A stretch of DNA of 64,000 nucleotides from Blasia pusilla (lineage: Eukaryota): contig CM114271.1 of NCBI GenBank assembly GCA_050084515.1, forward strand, positions 23,498,001 through 23,562,000. The letters are read 5' to 3'. This document shows positions 62,427 through 64,000 of this stretch, piece by piece. The translations under genes and the position numbers were made by a program. Below the pieces are notes generated by a model. That model searched no databases, had not been told where the DNA came from, and saw only the letters and a program-made list of their open reading frames with translations. Each line of letters opens with the position of its first letter. Position 1 is the first letter of the stretch.

Positions 62427-64000
62427 TGAGAGAGAGTGCACATCTTTGAGATCTATGGTGTGAGATGGTGTAGAGAGAGATTGGATCTTACTTTACAAAG
62501 AGAGAATGAGAGAAAGAGATAATGAGAGAGTGAGAGAGCTTCATGGAGTCGTCAACCAGTGACGGCAGATGACCGCCGATTATGGTGTTTGAGATTTGAT
62601 TTCATATTGCTATGTTGTGATCGATAGCCGCTCGACGACGATCGAGTACCGTGTCGTGACGCCCATAGCCGTAACGCGCCGTCGATTGTCGCGACGTGCC
62701 GCTTGTGGCCGCTCCGCACGGTCTCGATCGCGGAGTCGAAGCGTCATTGTGGAGCAGAGTGTGGGTTTATTGTTGATTGAGGAGGGTATGTTTTCGAGAG
62801 CCACATCCCACCATCGAGGTCCGTGGCGTTTATAGCCGTTCCGTGCCGCCTGGAATGCTGCACCACTCCGCTGGAATCGCACTGTCTATCGAAGAGTTTT
62901 GAGTAGCGTCAGTACGGGAGGAGTATGACTTGCTGATTGGAGGAGTTGTCTCCACGACTAAGTTGGGGTTGAGATTTTTAGTTGTTGAGGAGCGACATCG
63001 ACATGTGTTCAGGTTACCCATTCTGGTCCTTTACCCTGCACACGTGAGGGATTATGGGATTTGGGTAGTTTATTTGGGGATATTGGGTTGTGTGGATGTT
63101 GAGAGCATCATTTATGTATGTGGTTTAGGGGACATAGACCTGTGTGGGATGTCCGGAGTTGAGGGTAGGTTGTCGATGAGATGATAGCCTGGTCAATTTG
63201 CCGCACCACGCCGCTTGTTGCCGCACGTTACACGTCTCGGGGAGGGAGAGTGTAGATTGAGTGCCGCATGTTTGGGATGAGTGATTGATTGAGGGATTAC
63301 TCACGAGATTGAGAGTGATCATATGAGAAGGGCATGAGGGCCATCACGGCGTCCTTTCAGGATTTTGAGGGCGAGGTAGTGGACTTGAGAGTAGCTCTAG
63401 AGGGTTTACCCGGAGTGGTGCGAGCATTGGAGGGTCTCCACGTGAGAGACCACCTCGATCTCCTTCTATGTCGTCTTCAGACGAGAGGGAGCGTGTAGAG
63501 GAGTTTGTGAGCATATCGCCACACATTGTGAGTGGTCCTACTAGTTGGGCGTACGAGATGGTCGATCGGGGTAGAGGACCGCGTAGGCGGCGTTGAGTCA
63601 AGTTACAGGCCGCGTGTGGGGATAGGCAGAGAGGTTTGCACGACATGATTTTTGGGCGTGACAGGGATTTGCGAGAGTTGACAATGGAGTGTCAGTGCGC
63701 ATGATGCTAACGGGTTGTCTACATCTGTTGATGGGAGGATCGACTTGATGCACGAGGAGATGGTTGTGCTTCGAAGGTTATCGTGTCACATGGAGGAGTG
63801 AGTGTTGACGGTGCGTAGGTTGGAGGGCGTGATAAAATTACCCATTCGAGTCCCTTTTCCCGCACTTGTCATGTGTGATTGAGAGAGTTGGGTATCGGGT
63901 AGTAAGCTGGTGCTAGGTGGGTGCACTGATGGTGACGAGTGTAGATTCTTTTCATGTGTAGCATGTTAGTGGATATACGGCGGTTGTTGCGTAGGGGTTT

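Noticed and set aside
62430-64000. Strand-skewed region with several short ORFs, possibly a retroelement interior
   Set aside because: No recognisable domain in any frame; cannot be classified without a search.

Overview
Eukaryotic nuclear DNA from a land plant, most likely a non-seed lineage with flagellated sperm (inferred from an axonemal EF-hand gene plus plant-type CBP20, UBLCP1 and RING genes). Five intact host genes: a calcyphosin (FAP252-like) + FAP115-like fusion gene (minus, ~7.0-10.6 kb), an intronless RING/transmembrane E3 ligase, UBLCP1, CBP20 with its U12 AT-AC intron, and a ~1580-aa intronless TPR-SET methyltransferase. They lie among many transposons: a decayed intron-containing Helitron with an intact 3' end, a mini-Helitron, two hAT MITEs with 8-bp TSDs, a decayed hAT transposase, a complete 10.2-kb Mutator-like element (TIRs and TSD) carrying a large unidentified multi-exon gene convergent with its transposase, and three 5'-truncated copies of a CRE-like non-LTR retrotransposon. 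Two of those copies sit tail-to-tail and form a ~185-bp hairpin. Strongest leads: the Mutator accessory gene with its intergenic motif array, the twin retrotransposon insertion, and the FAP252-FAP115 fusion. All homology calls come from motif recognition by eye, not database searches.
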